Shown: positions 1-9,858 of the stretch, in pieces
Layout of the letters: each line of letters begins with the position of its first letter
How positions within the stretch are numbered: position 1 is the first letter of the stretch
Assembly (NCBI GenBank): GCA_050178385.1
Contig: JBFXGD010000033.1
Location: forward strand, 1 to 27,409
Origin: Calditrichaceae bacterium
GTDB lineage: Bacteria > Calditrichota > Calditrichia > Calditrichales > JBFXGD01
DNA: 27,409 nt
Direction: 5' to 3'
Notes under the pieces: model-generated
Databases searched by the model: none
The model's input: the letters and a program-made list of their open reading frames with translations, nothing else
What the model was told of the DNA's origin: nothing
Made by a program: the position numbers and the translations under genes

Positions 1-3000
1 GATATATCTTTTCGGAAATCCCCTTCAATGTCATAAACAGATTGAAGATTATATGAAGGATTGTCAGGTAATAATTGATCGATAAACCATAGACGCGTCT
101 GAGAGAATGAGAGCGACATTTGATCGGTCCTGAGAACCCGGGTTATTGACTGATAATGTTTGGAAGATCCCGTCATATCAATTGTTTTCGCCAGACTTTG
201 GATAACAGGATTCTCAAAAATAGTCCTGAGCGGAATCTCGATACCAAATTCATCCCGGATCCCGGAAATCAGTCTTGTGGCGAGAAGGGAGTGCCCTCCC
301 AGGTTAAAGAAATCATCATTCGCGCCTGTTTTATCCACCCCTAAAATATCTGAGTATATTTCCGCCAGCTTTTTCTCTGAGTCACTTCGGGGCTGAATAA
401 ATTCGCGTCCTGAACCCATGGCGGATTCATCAGGTTCGGGCAGCGCGCCGCGGTCAATTTTGCCGTTTGGTGTTTTGGGAAACTCATCCACCCAGACAAA
501 AAGGTTTGGGAGCATGTATTCCGGCAACTTCTGTTTTAAAAATTCTCTCAGATCCGGTACCGATGGTTTACTACTGTTTTCGGTTATCATATATGCCGCG
601 ATTCGTTTGTCGCCGGTCACTCTTTCCCTGACGACGACTACAGCATCTTTAACGGCGGAATGGGAGACGATATTGTTTTCAATCTCACCAAGCTCTATCC
701 TGAATCCTCTTACTTTTACCTGATGATCAATTCTTCCGAGAAATTCAATGCTGGCGTCGTTTCTGTAACGGACCAAGTCGCCCGTTTTATACATGCGCGA
801 GCCGGGCTCAACCGAAAACGGGTCCGGTAAAAATTTCTCACCGGACAACGCGGGTCTCGCGAGATACCCTCTTGCCAGACCTTCCCCGCCGATATACAAC
901 TCTCCGACGGCACCAACCGGAACCGGCCGGCAGTTTTCGTCAAGTATGTAAAATCTTGCGTTCACGATAGGTTTTCCTATGGTGGGACGCGAATTAAATG
1001 ATCTGACGGGACAAATGGTTGAATCGACTGTGCATTCCGTAGGACCATACATATTGTATGTTGCCGTTGAGGGTAACCCCGCCAGCATATTCCATGTCGA
1101 TTCGTCGATTGCTTCACCACCCGGAAGTAGCGCGGAGGGCACCCATTCAGGATCATTGAGGAGCCCGGCTGAGATTAATAACTTAAGTTGCGATGGAACA
1201 CAGTCGAGCAGGTCAACCCGGTGTTTTTTCAAATAAGATACCATTAATTTGCCTTCACCGCGCACCTCATCAGGAATGATGATCAGGCTGTGCCCTTTAA
1301 ACATCATGACCAGCTGCTGAACAGAGGCGTCAAAGGAGATTGGCGCGTTCAGGCTTATGTTCAGACGCTCTTCGCCCAAGGGCTCATAAATTGACTTTTC
1401 GAGATTTTTCATCAGGTTTACTGCCGAACGGTGTTGAATCATAACCCCTTTTGGCAGTCCGGTTGTACCTGAAGTGTAAATGATGTAAGCGAGATTTGCC
1501 GGATTCATATTAATCTCAGGATTTTGGCTTTCTTTGACCTGATTATTTTCAGGAATTTCATCAGTATTGATGATTAGAATGTTTTCATCCTTAAGCTTCT
1601 CTGAAAATTGTTCGTTTGTGATCAAAATTTTCGAGCCCGAATCTTTGAGCATAAACGCGATACGTTCTTCCGGATATGATGGATCCAGCGGCAAATAGGC
1701 GCCGCCCGATTTAAGGATTCCCAGAATGCTGATGATCATTTCCGGTGAGCGTTCCATACAGAAGGCTATGATACTCTCCGGTCCCGCGCCCAGCTTTTGC
1801 AGTCGATACGCCAGCCGGTTAGCCTTCGAATTCAATTCATCAAAGGTCATCTTGCTCTCACCTGAAATAACCGCGTATTGATCCGGATGCGCGTCAGCGG
1901 ATTTTTCAAAAATCCGGTGCAGACATAAATTCATCGGAAAATCAACGGTATGACTGTTCCATTCCTGTGTAAGGGTTTTAATTTCAGATCCTGACAGAAC
2001 AGGCAGTGTTGAAATATTCTGATTTGGATTTTGCAGAAATGCGTTCAGTAATACCTGAAAATGGTTTAGCATACGTTTGATGGTATCCGGAAGGAAAAGA
2101 TCCGTATCAAATTCAAACGAAACGGATAAATGGCCGGCGGATTCAGCGGCTGTGAACGACAGATCAAACTTAGCGCTGTCACTTTCAATCGGGATGGACT
2201 TCATGTTTAATCCGGGAAGTTCCATGCTGACAGATGTTTCGTTCTGGTAAGTGAACATCACCTGGAAGAGCGGGGTATGATTCATACTTCGTTCGGGATG
2301 AAGCTCTTCAACGAGCATTTCAAACGGCAGATCCTGGTGATTAAAAGCCCCCATGACCGCGCTTTTAACTTTTTGCACCAAATCTCTGCCGGTATCCGAT
2401 TTTGATATGGATGCCCGGATGACAAGTGTGTTGACAAAAAATCCGATTAAATTTTCTGTTTCAGCCCTGTTGCGATTTGCTATGGGGGTACCGACCGTTA
2501 TATCCGTCTGATTTGTGTAACGGTACATAAGCAGATAAAACACGGTCAGCAGCGAAATATAGGGCGTAATGCTGTTTTCGGCGGAGAATTTTTTTACCCT
2601 GTTTAATATATCCGGATTCAGCATGATTTCCTGACGGGATCCGTTATATGTTTTTATTGCAGGTCTTGCAAAATCCGTCGGAAACTGCAATACAGGCACA
2701 TGATCTCCTAAGACGGATTTCCAGTAATGGAGCAACTTACCCCGGTCTTTTCCATCGAGACGATCGCGCTGCCATTTGGCAAAATCTGCATACTGAATGC
2801 TCAGTTCAGGGAGATTACATGGTTTTTCTTCGACGAAATGTTTATAGTATTCTGAAAATTCTTTTAAAAATATTCCGATGGACCAGCCGTCCGCAATGAT
2901 ATGATGCATCACAAAAAACAGGACATAATCTGACTCAGAGAGCCGGAAAAGGGATATTCTACAGAGAGGTCCTTTGTTTAGATCAAACGGAATCCTGCTT

Positions 3001-3398
3001 TCTTCAGTTATTTTTTTCATTAGCACAGATTCTTTTTTGGCGGCCGGATACCGGCTAAGATCTGCAATCGTCAAATTTTCACCTGAGTCATTTGAAATTA
3101 CCTGCATCGGTGTGCCGTTAACAGTGGTGAAAGTGGTGCGCAATATTTCATGCCTGGTGATGATTGAATCGATGCTTTTTTCAAGCGCTTTTAAATCCGG
3201 TTTGCCTTTCAATCTCAGAGCCGCGGGAATGTTATACGCACTGCTGCGGGGCTCGAACTGATAAAGAAACCAGAGACGCTGCTGCGAGTAGGAAAGGGGA
3301 AAAGCATTCGAAAGGACGGACTTTTCCTTTAATTTTAACTCCAGAAGCTTCCGCTTTTCAGGCGATAGCGATTCAATCAATTTAGAAAGGTCAGCCAT
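1..3398 (-). CDS. NRPS C-A-T-C..., 3'-partial (>1132 aa); module 6 Gln-like; absent from the supplied ORF track because it has no stop in the window
   Basis: Hand translation from ATG 3396-3398: MADLSKLIESLSPEKRKLLELKLKEKSVLSNAFPLSYSQQRLWFL...MHHIIADGWS (~2880-2909)...YTSGTTGLPKG...FDASVQQ...NMYGPTECTVD...FFNLGGHSLL (~282-311)...LSFSQTRLWFIDQL (start of the next C)...DFRKDI at the edge in the same frame. It overlaps the upstream stop by 8 bp (ATGGCTGA). Confidence 0.95.
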   Translation of the reverse strand, partial: MADLSKLIESLSPEKRKLLELKLKEKSVLSNAFPLSYSQQRLWFLYQFEPRSSAYNIPAALRLKGKPDLKALEKSIDSIITRHEILRTTFTTVNGTPMQVISNDSGENLTIADLSRYPAAKKESVLMKKITEESRIPFDLNKGPLCRISLFRLSESDYVLFFVMHHIIADGWSIGIFLKEFSEYYKHFVEEKPCNLPELSIQYADFAKWQRDRLDGKDRGKLLHYWKSVLGDHVPVLQFPTDFARPAIKTYNGSRQEIMLNPDILNRVKKFSAENSITPYISLLTVFYLLMYRYTNQTDITVGTPIANRNRAETENLIGFFVNTLVIRASISKSDTGRDLVQKVKSAVMGAFNHQDLPFEMLVEELHPERSMNHTPLFQVMFTYQNETSVSMELPGLNMKSIPIESDSAKFDLSFTAAESAGHLSVSFEFDTDLFLPDTIKRMLNHFQVLLNAFLQNPNQNISTLPVLSGSEIKTLTQEWNSHTVDFPMNLCLHRIFEKSADAHPDQYAVISGESKMTFDELNSKANRLAYRLQKLGAGPESIIAFCMERSPEMIISILGILKSGGAYLPLDPSYPEERIAFMLKDSGSKILITNEQFSEKLKDENILIINTDEIPENNQVKESQNPEINMNPANLAYIIYTSGTTGLPKGVMIQHRSAVNLMKNLEKSIYEPLGEERLNISLNAPISFDASVQQLVMMFKGHSLIIIPDEVRGEGKLMVSYLKKHRVDLLDCVPSQLKLLISAGLLNDPEWVPSALLPGGEAIDESTWNMLAGLPSTATYNMYGPTECTVDSTICPVRSFNSRPTIGKPIVNARFYILDENCRPVPVGAVGELYIGGEGLARGYLARPALSGEKFLPDPFSVEPGSRMYKTGDLVRYRNDASIEFLGRIDHQVKVRGFRIELGEIENNIVSHSAVKDAVVVVRERVTGDKRIAAYMITENSSKPSVPDLREFLKQKLPEYMLPNLFVWVDEFPKTPNGKIDRGALPEPDESAMGSGREFIQPRSDSEKKLAEIYSDILGVDKTGANDDFFNLGGHSLLATRLISGIRDEFGIEIPLRTIFENPVIQSLAKTIDMTGSSKHYQSITRVLRTDQMSLSFSQTRLWFIDQLLPDNPSYNLQSVYDIEGDFRKDI

Positions 3399-6300
3399 TC
3401 CTTGTCATATCCCGTTTATTGGATTTTAACTTTTGATTTAACATTGTTTTTGTTTCATCTTCCGACAATTTATCTATGCTTAAAAGCAATGCTTCGAGAT
3501 CTTCCCCATCCCGGTCAGCGCGTTGTATTTTAACCGGTTCCCCGTTTCCATCTGTTGCGGCTATTTTGATAATTTCCCTGGAAAGCTCTGCTACTGTGGG
3601 TTTTTCAAACAACAGGCTCAATGGCAGATCGGCTGAAAATCGCTCCCGGATTTGAGACATGAACTGAGTGGCGAGCAGGGAATGACCGCCAAGTTCGAAA
3701 AAATTATCGTGAATGCCGGTTTTGTCTAAATTCAGGAGTTCTGTGACAATCACGGATAGTTTTTCTTCGGTTTCATTGGTCGGCGCGGTGTACACAGACC
3801 GCAGGCTCTCACGAGAAAATTCCGGTTCAGGCAATGCTTTCCGGTCGATTTTTCCGTTTGGAGTGAGCGGCATCGCGTCGAGCATGACAAAAGATGAGGG
3901 AATCATGTATCCGGGCAACCGTTCATTCAATTGTGATTTCAATTCAGATACATCAGGTTCATGCCCATTCACGGTCACAATGTATGCAACCAGTCGTTTG
4001 TCGCCGGGTAAATCTTCACGTACCATTACGAATGTTTCATGTACGTCATCAAATTCATCAATAATGGCCTCAATTTCTCCCGGCTCGATGCGGAATCCCC
4101 TTATTTTTACCTGTTGATCGATACGGCCAAGAAACTCTATATTTCCGTCCGGCAGATATCTGACAAGATCACCGCTCTTATAAAGTCTGCTGCCCGGCGA
4201 CTCGCTAAAGGAATCCGGGATAAATTTTTCAGCGGTCAGTCCGGGTCTGTTCAGATAACCTCTTGCCAGACCGACACCGCCAATATGTAATTCTCCCGCC
4301 GTGCCCGTTGGTACAGGTTGAAGCGACTTGTCCAGTATGTAAAGACGGAAATTGTCAATAGGCCTTCCAATGGGAGGCACGAGGCCCGCTTCCGGATCAA
4401 CCTGATACATGGAGGCGCAAACAGTTGTCTCTGTGGGGCCGTAGGCGTTAAAAAATGATCTTCCTTCCGACCAGCGACGCGCCAGATCAATGGTGCATTT
4501 TTCACCCGCGGTTATTATCGTCATAAGATCAGGAAGCGGTTCATCCGGCAAAACAGCCAGCACGGAAGGCGGCAGGGTCACGGTGGTGATTTTTTCATTT
4601 TTGAGGATGTCATAAAGATTTTGTCCGGCAAGCAGTTCGTCCTTGCCGGCAAGACAGAGCGTACCCCCGTTCAGCAGCGCCATAACGATCTCCCAGACCG
4701 ATGCGTCAAAGCTGAGTGACGCAAACTGAAGTATTCTGCTGCCCTGACGAATGCCAAAGGCCTTTTTTTGAGCATTTGCAAGATTTAAAAGTCCCCTGTG
4801 AGGCAGTAATGTACCTTTCGGACGACCTGTTGAACCCGATGTATATATGACATAGGCCAGATTTTCAGGAGTCAGCTTACTCTCAGGATTCTTTTCCGAA
4901 CCGGATGAAAATATTTCAGTTTCCTTATCCAGAAGAATCATGTGAACATCTGTTTCAGGTAAATTGGCCAGTATCGCTTCATGAGTTATAAGCGCTGAGA
5001 TACCCGAATCTTTGATCATATATTCAATCCGGTCTTTTGGATAAACAGGATCAATCGGAAGAAAGGAGCCGCCAGCCTTTAAAATTGCCATTACCGAAAC
5101 GGGGATATCCATCGAGCGGGGCAGGCAAATTCCGGTAATTTTATCCGCGCCAATTCCATGTTTTATAAGCATACGCGCCAGTTGATTGGCTTTCTCATTC
5201 AATTTTTTGTACGTCAGAGATTGATTCTCCTGGGTTACAGCAACCGTATCCGGAAACTCTTCCGCTAACTGTTCAAACCATTGATGGACGGTCGCGCTGT
5301 CAGGATAGTCAGCTTTTATGTCATTCCATCCGGAAAGAATCAACTTAAGCTCATCTTTACCAATGATGCCTAATTCAGAAACTCGTTTATCGGGATTGCT
5401 GATAATTTCAATTAAAATATTTTCAAAATGATTCTGCATCCTTAGAATGGTGGCAGGATCAAAAAGATCGGTGTTGAATTCAAAATAACAATCCATTCCA
5501 TCCGTGGCTTTCGCTATTGTCAGAGTGAGATCGTATTTTGCTGTCAGGTTTTCAGTCTCGATCGGTGTGATTTTAAATTCGGGCATCTCAGCCATTTCAA
5601 ACGGAGCGTTCTGTAACACAAAAGCAACCTGAAACAGGGGAGAATGGCTCATGTTCCGCTCAGGCTGGAGTGCCTCGACGAGATATTCAAATGGTAAATC
5701 CTGATGCATAAACGCGTTCAGGGTTGTATCACGTACCTGTTTCAAAAGCTGCTTAAAGGTGGGCATATCCCAAAATTCTGCTTTCAATACCAATGTGTTC
5801 ACAAAAAATCCGATAAGATTTTCCATTTCGGAACGTGTACGGCCGGCAATTGGCGATCCCACTAAAATTTCATCCTGCCCTGTGTACCGGTGCAAAAGTG
5901 TCTGATATGCCGCCAAAAGCGTCATAAAGAGTGTGGTTCCTTCTTTCCGGCTGAGCTGGAGTAAATCATCGGATAGGCCGCCCGAAAGATGCTGCTTTAT
6001 CGTCCGCCCGTTAAAAGTTTGTGTGGCGGGACGCGGATGATCGGCAGGCAGTTCCAACACCGGTGGGTTTGTTCCTATTTTATTTTTCCAGTATTCAATT
6101 TCCTTTTTAAGTTTCTCGCCCTGCAGCCAGTTTCGCTGCCAGATAGAAAAATCGGCATACTGAATCGGCAGCGCATCAAGCGGTGATTCCTTCTTTTCTT
6201 TAAAAGCCTTATACAGTGAAGCAAATTCATTAAGAAGTACACCAATTGACCAGCCGTCAGCGATAATATGATGAATGGTTATCAGGAGTATATGATCGTC

Positions 6301-9300
6301 AGATTTTAATTTGATTATTTTTGCTCTTAACAATGGTCCTGATTCCAGATTGAAAGATTGACGAGCATCCTCAGCAGTGATTTTCTGACTTTTAAGATGC
6401 TTTTCATCATCCGGAATTCCGCTCAGGTCTAAATTTTCGATTTTTATCTTCAGTTCGGGCAAAATGACCTGATGCGGATGACCTTTCTCGCTTTTAAAAA
6501 CGGTTCTCAGAATCTCGTGTCTGACAATGATTTGATTCAGGCAGCGTTCAAAAATCCCGAGATCGATATGTCCATGAAGATGAAGCGCGGATGGGATGTT
6601 ATAATACGCATTTCCGGGCGCCAACTGATCCAGAAACCATAATCTTTGCTGTGAAAAAGAAAGTGGTGTTTCTGCATCTCTTTTTTCAGGCGCAAGAGCG
6701 GGGATATCCTGATCATTCCGGTCATCTCTGATATTTCCTATCTGCTTTGCAAGGGCAGCGATTGTGGGATTTGAGAAAAAATCGGGTAGTGAGATTTCAA
6801 CCGCGAAGATATCCCTGATTCTTGATGCCAGCCGGGTAGCAGTTAATGAATGTCCGCCCAGATCAAAAAAATTATCATGAATGCCAATTTTCTCGATACC
6901 TAAAATCTTGCTCCAAGCAGAGGTTAACAGTTCATCGACCTGATTCCCGGGTGCGGCATATTTATCATCACGAATCAAATCGGCCCCTTCTGGTACAGCC
7001 AGAGCTGCTCTGTCAATTTTTCCACTTGAAGAAACAGGGAACTGATTCATAGCTATATAATAGACCGGTATCATATATTCCGGCAGATGTTCCTTTAGGT
7101 AGCATTTTAATGATTCAGCGTCAGGATTTTTCTCAAATTCAGGCATGTAATAAGCGATCAGCGCTTTTTCACCGGGTGTTTTTTCGAATACCGTGACGAC
7201 AACTTTTTTAAGATCTTTATGGTTGGAGAGTACGGATTCGATCTCACCCGGTTCGATTCGGAATCCGCGAATTTTAACCTGATCGTCAATCCTGCCTATA
7301 AACGCCAGATTTCCGTCACCGATGGATCGAACAATGTCACCGCTTCTGTATAGTCTCGAGCCGGGTTGATCCGAAAACGGATCGGGTATAAATTTTTCAG
7401 CTGTTAATCCGGGATTATTTAAATATCCGCGCGCGATTCCCGGACTGCTTATACATAACTCTCCCGGAACTCCCTGCGGCTGAGGATAGAACTGTTCATT
7501 GAGTGTGTATGCCCGCACATTATCAATTGGTTTTCCAATGGGAATATTGTCAGTAAACGATAAATCCTCATGGATGGGAAAAACCGTCGCGCAAACCGTC
7601 ACCTCCGTAGGCCCGTATCCATTGACGAAATTTCGTCCGATCCTCCAGCGGGACGCGGTATCCCGGGTACATGGTTCGCCGACCGAGCCAACCACATCGA
7701 GATCCGGCAAATCTTTTTCTGATAAAATTGCCAGCAGGGATGGCGGGGCGACAAAAGTAGTCACTTTTTGATCTCTTAATAATCCGGTTAGTCTTTCTTC
7801 AGAGAGCAATGTGTCCCGGTCAGACATAATGAGACATCCTCCCTCTAAAAGTGTGCTGAATATTTCCACAACGGATGCATCGAATGAAATAGACGCGAGC
7901 TGAAAGAAGGATTTGCCGGCGGAAATATGAAAAACCTTTGCCAGAGCCAATGATGTGTTTACAGCTCCAAGATGCCGCAACAAAGTGCCTTTTGGCCGTC
8001 CGGTGGAGCCGGAAGTATAAATGATATATGCAAGATTTTCTGAAGACGCGGCACATTCAGGATTTTTATCTGATTCACCGGAAATAAGATCATCGGAGAT
8101 TTTAATATCAATAACCCGCAATTTGCCGGACGGCAGCTTTTGTTTCAGGCCGTTTTCAGAAAGAATAAGACCGACACCGGAATCTTCCAGAATATACTTC
8201 AGGCGTTCATCAGGCGTGGACGGATCGATCGGCAGATACGCGCCGCCTGCTTTCAGAACCGCAAGAACGCTGATAATCATCTCCGGCGAGCGATTGAGAT
8301 ATACCGCAACCAGATATTCAGGACCAACACCTTCTCTTTTTAATATTGCAGCCAGCTGATTTGCCCGTTTGTTCAAATCTGAATATGTTAAAATTGTATC
8401 ATCGAACCGCACAGCATGATAATCAGGATGCGCCTTTGCCTGCTCTTCGAATATCTCATGCAGGCATCTGTTCGCGGGAAAATCGGTTTGTGTTTTATTC
8501 CAGGACCTGACGATTGTTTCTATTTCGGTATTTGTCAGCAGCTTAATTGCTGAGACGGTTTGCTCCGGTTCAATTACCATGGAAGCCATTATCACTTCCA
8601 GATGTCCCAGCATCCGGTTTATTGTTTCGGCATCGAATCGATCCGTCTGATAGGCGATTTCCAGAACAATATCTTCATGCGCGGATCCAACCACCGTCAG
8701 GGGATAGTTGGTCTGCTCTATGGCGTTAATGTCAAATATCCTGATCTTATTATCAAAATCATTTAATGAAGAGCTGACCGGATAATTTTCGAATACCACG
8801 ATGCTTTCAAATAACGGTAAATTGCCCTTTATTCCGCTCAGTTTTTGAACTTCTGCCAGGGCACTGAACTCAAACTGTCGCATTCCGGCGGACTGCTGAT
8901 GAATCTCTTTCAAAAAGGTCATCATCTTTTGTCCGGGCGATACCCTGATTCTCATGGGAAGCGTATTTATAAAAAGGCCGATCATGGATTCGACTCCGTC
9001 CAGTTCCGGCGGGCGGCCTGAAACAGTGACGCCAAAAATAACATCCTTCTCGCCGCTGTATCTGCTTAAAAGGACCGACCAGGCAGCCTGGATCAGAGTA
9101 CTGATTGTAAAGTGATTACTTCTTGTAAAGCTACTGATGTTTTCAGATAAGGAAGACGATAAGCGTCTCATGGATTTTTCGTATCCACCGGTTTTAGCAT
9201 GCCCGCCGGCAGGAAGATCGACGGTTAATGGAGTCGGCGCCGTAACATCACTCAGCTTTTCCTTCCAATATTCTTCCGCGGTTCGGACATCCTGCTGATT

Positions 9301-9858
9301 AATCCAGTTGATGTAATCCCGGTAAGGACGCGTTTTTTCAAGACGGATATCCCTGTTTGCGACAAATGATTCATACAGAGTGAATATTTCTTTAAACAGT
9401 AATGGAAGAGACCAGCCGTCGATAAGACTATGATGATTACTCCAAACTATCTGCCAGACCTGCCTTCCGATCCTGATGACCGCCAAACGCAGCAAAGGAG
9501 CTTTTGACAGATTGAATCCCTTTGCCCGGTCATTTTTTAGATAGTAAGACAATTTTTCATGAATCTGATTCTCGGAAAAATCTATCCAATCGAGCTCTTC
9601 TATTGGAACTTCAACCGATTTATGAACAACCTGGAGCATTTTTTCAATCTTCTTGTAAACAAAGGATGTTCGTAATATAGGATTACGCTGTACGGCTTCT
9701 TCAACCGATTTTTTGAACGCTTCGGTATTGAATTCACCGGAAATATTAAAAGTTGTTTGTTCAAAATATACACTGCTTTCCGCAGAGAATATGCTGTGAA
9801 AAATCATTCCCTGCTGCATGGGGGAAAGCGAGTATACGGACTCTATATTTTTATCCAT
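3391..9858 (-). CDS. Two-module NRPS C(DCL-like)-A-T-C-A-T (2155 aa); modules 4 (unknown) and 5 (Phe)
   Basis: The first C has YSLSPMQQGMIFHS, WSNHHSLIDGWS, SGRP...GLFINTLP and VFENYP (D-donor type). Second C HHIIADGWS; T motifs GGHS twice; pockets DAVVGVGVCK and DAWTIAAVCK. The ATG directly abuts the previous stop (TAAATG). Confidence 0.96.
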   Translation of the reverse strand: MDKNIESVYSLSPMQQGMIFHSIFSAESSVYFEQTTFNISGEFNTEAFKKSVEEAVQRNPILRTSFVYKKIEKMLQVVHKSVEVPIEELDWIDFSENQIHEKLSYYLKNDRAKGFNLSKAPLLRLAVIRIGRQVWQIVWSNHHSLIDGWSLPLLFKEIFTLYESFVANRDIRLEKTRPYRDYINWINQQDVRTAEEYWKEKLSDVTAPTPLTVDLPAGGHAKTGGYEKSMRRLSSSLSENISSFTRSNHFTISTLIQAAWSVLLSRYSGEKDVIFGVTVSGRPPELDGVESMIGLFINTLPMRIRVSPGQKMMTFLKEIHQQSAGMRQFEFSALAEVQKLSGIKGNLPLFESIVVFENYPVSSSLNDFDNKIRIFDINAIEQTNYPLTVVGSAHEDIVLEIAYQTDRFDAETINRMLGHLEVIMASMVIEPEQTVSAIKLLTNTEIETIVRSWNKTQTDFPANRCLHEIFEEQAKAHPDYHAVRFDDTILTYSDLNKRANQLAAILKREGVGPEYLVAVYLNRSPEMIISVLAVLKAGGAYLPIDPSTPDERLKYILEDSGVGLILSENGLKQKLPSGKLRVIDIKISDDLISGESDKNPECAASSENLAYIIYTSGSTGRPKGTLLRHLGAVNTSLALAKVFHISAGKSFFQLASISFDASVVEIFSTLLEGGCLIMSDRDTLLSEERLTGLLRDQKVTTFVAPPSLLAILSEKDLPDLDVVGSVGEPCTRDTASRWRIGRNFVNGYGPTEVTVCATVFPIHEDLSFTDNIPIGKPIDNVRAYTLNEQFYPQPQGVPGELCISSPGIARGYLNNPGLTAEKFIPDPFSDQPGSRLYRSGDIVRSIGDGNLAFIGRIDDQVKIRGFRIEPGEIESVLSNHKDLKKVVVTVFEKTPGEKALIAYYMPEFEKNPDAESLKCYLKEHLPEYMIPVYYIAMNQFPVSSSGKIDRAALAVPEGADLIRDDKYAAPGNQVDELLTSAWSKILGIEKIGIHDNFFDLGGHSLTATRLASRIRDIFAVEISLPDFFSNPTIAALAKQIGNIRDDRNDQDIPALAPEKRDAETPLSFSQQRLWFLDQLAPGNAYYNIPSALHLHGHIDLGIFERCLNQIIVRHEILRTVFKSEKGHPHQVILPELKIKIENLDLSGIPDDEKHLKSQKITAEDARQSFNLESGPLLRAKIIKLKSDDHILLITIHHIIADGWSIGVLLNEFASLYKAFKEKKESPLDALPIQYADFSIWQRNWLQGEKLKKEIEYWKNKIGTNPPVLELPADHPRPATQTFNGRTIKQHLSGGLSDDLLQLSRKEGTTLFMTLLAAYQTLLHRYTGQDEILVGSPIAGRTRSEMENLIGFFVNTLVLKAEFWDMPTFKQLLKQVRDTTLNAFMHQDLPFEYLVEALQPERNMSHSPLFQVAFVLQNAPFEMAEMPEFKITPIETENLTAKYDLTLTIAKATDGMDCYFEFNTDLFDPATILRMQNHFENILIEIISNPDKRVSELGIIGKDELKLILSGWNDIKADYPDSATVHQWFEQLAEEFPDTVAVTQENQSLTYKKLNEKANQLARMLIKHGIGADKITGICLPRSMDIPVSVMAILKAGGSFLPIDPVYPKDRIEYMIKDSGISALITHEAILANLPETDVHMILLDKETEIFSSGSEKNPESKLTPENLAYVIYTSGSTGRPKGTLLPHRGLLNLANAQKKAFGIRQGSRILQFASLSFDASVWEIVMALLNGGTLCLAGKDELLAGQNLYDILKNEKITTVTLPPSVLAVLPDEPLPDLMTIITAGEKCTIDLARRWSEGRSFFNAYGPTETTVCASMYQVDPEAGLVPPIGRPIDNFRLYILDKSLQPVPTGTAGELHIGGVGLARGYLNRPGLTAEKFIPDSFSESPGSRLYKSGDLVRYLPDGNIEFLGRIDQQVKIRGFRIEPGEIEAIIDEFDDVHETFVMVREDLPGDKRLVAYIVTVNGHEPDVSELKSQLNERLPGYMIPSSFVMLDAMPLTPNGKIDRKALPEPEFSRESLRSVYTAPTNETEEKLSVIVTELLNLDKTGIHDNFFELGGHSLLATQFMSQIRERFSADLPLSLLFEKPTVAELSREIIKIAATDGNGEPVKIQRADRDGEDLEALLLSIDKLSEDETKTMLNQKLKSNKRDMTRNG

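Noticed and set aside
3290..3398. Possible frameshift or pseudogene at the start of the fifth gene, since it is missing from the ORF track
   Set aside because: Codon-by-codon reading from ATG 3398 runs in frame into PLSYSQQRLWF, and the same frame holds at base 1. It is missing only because it has no stop in the window.
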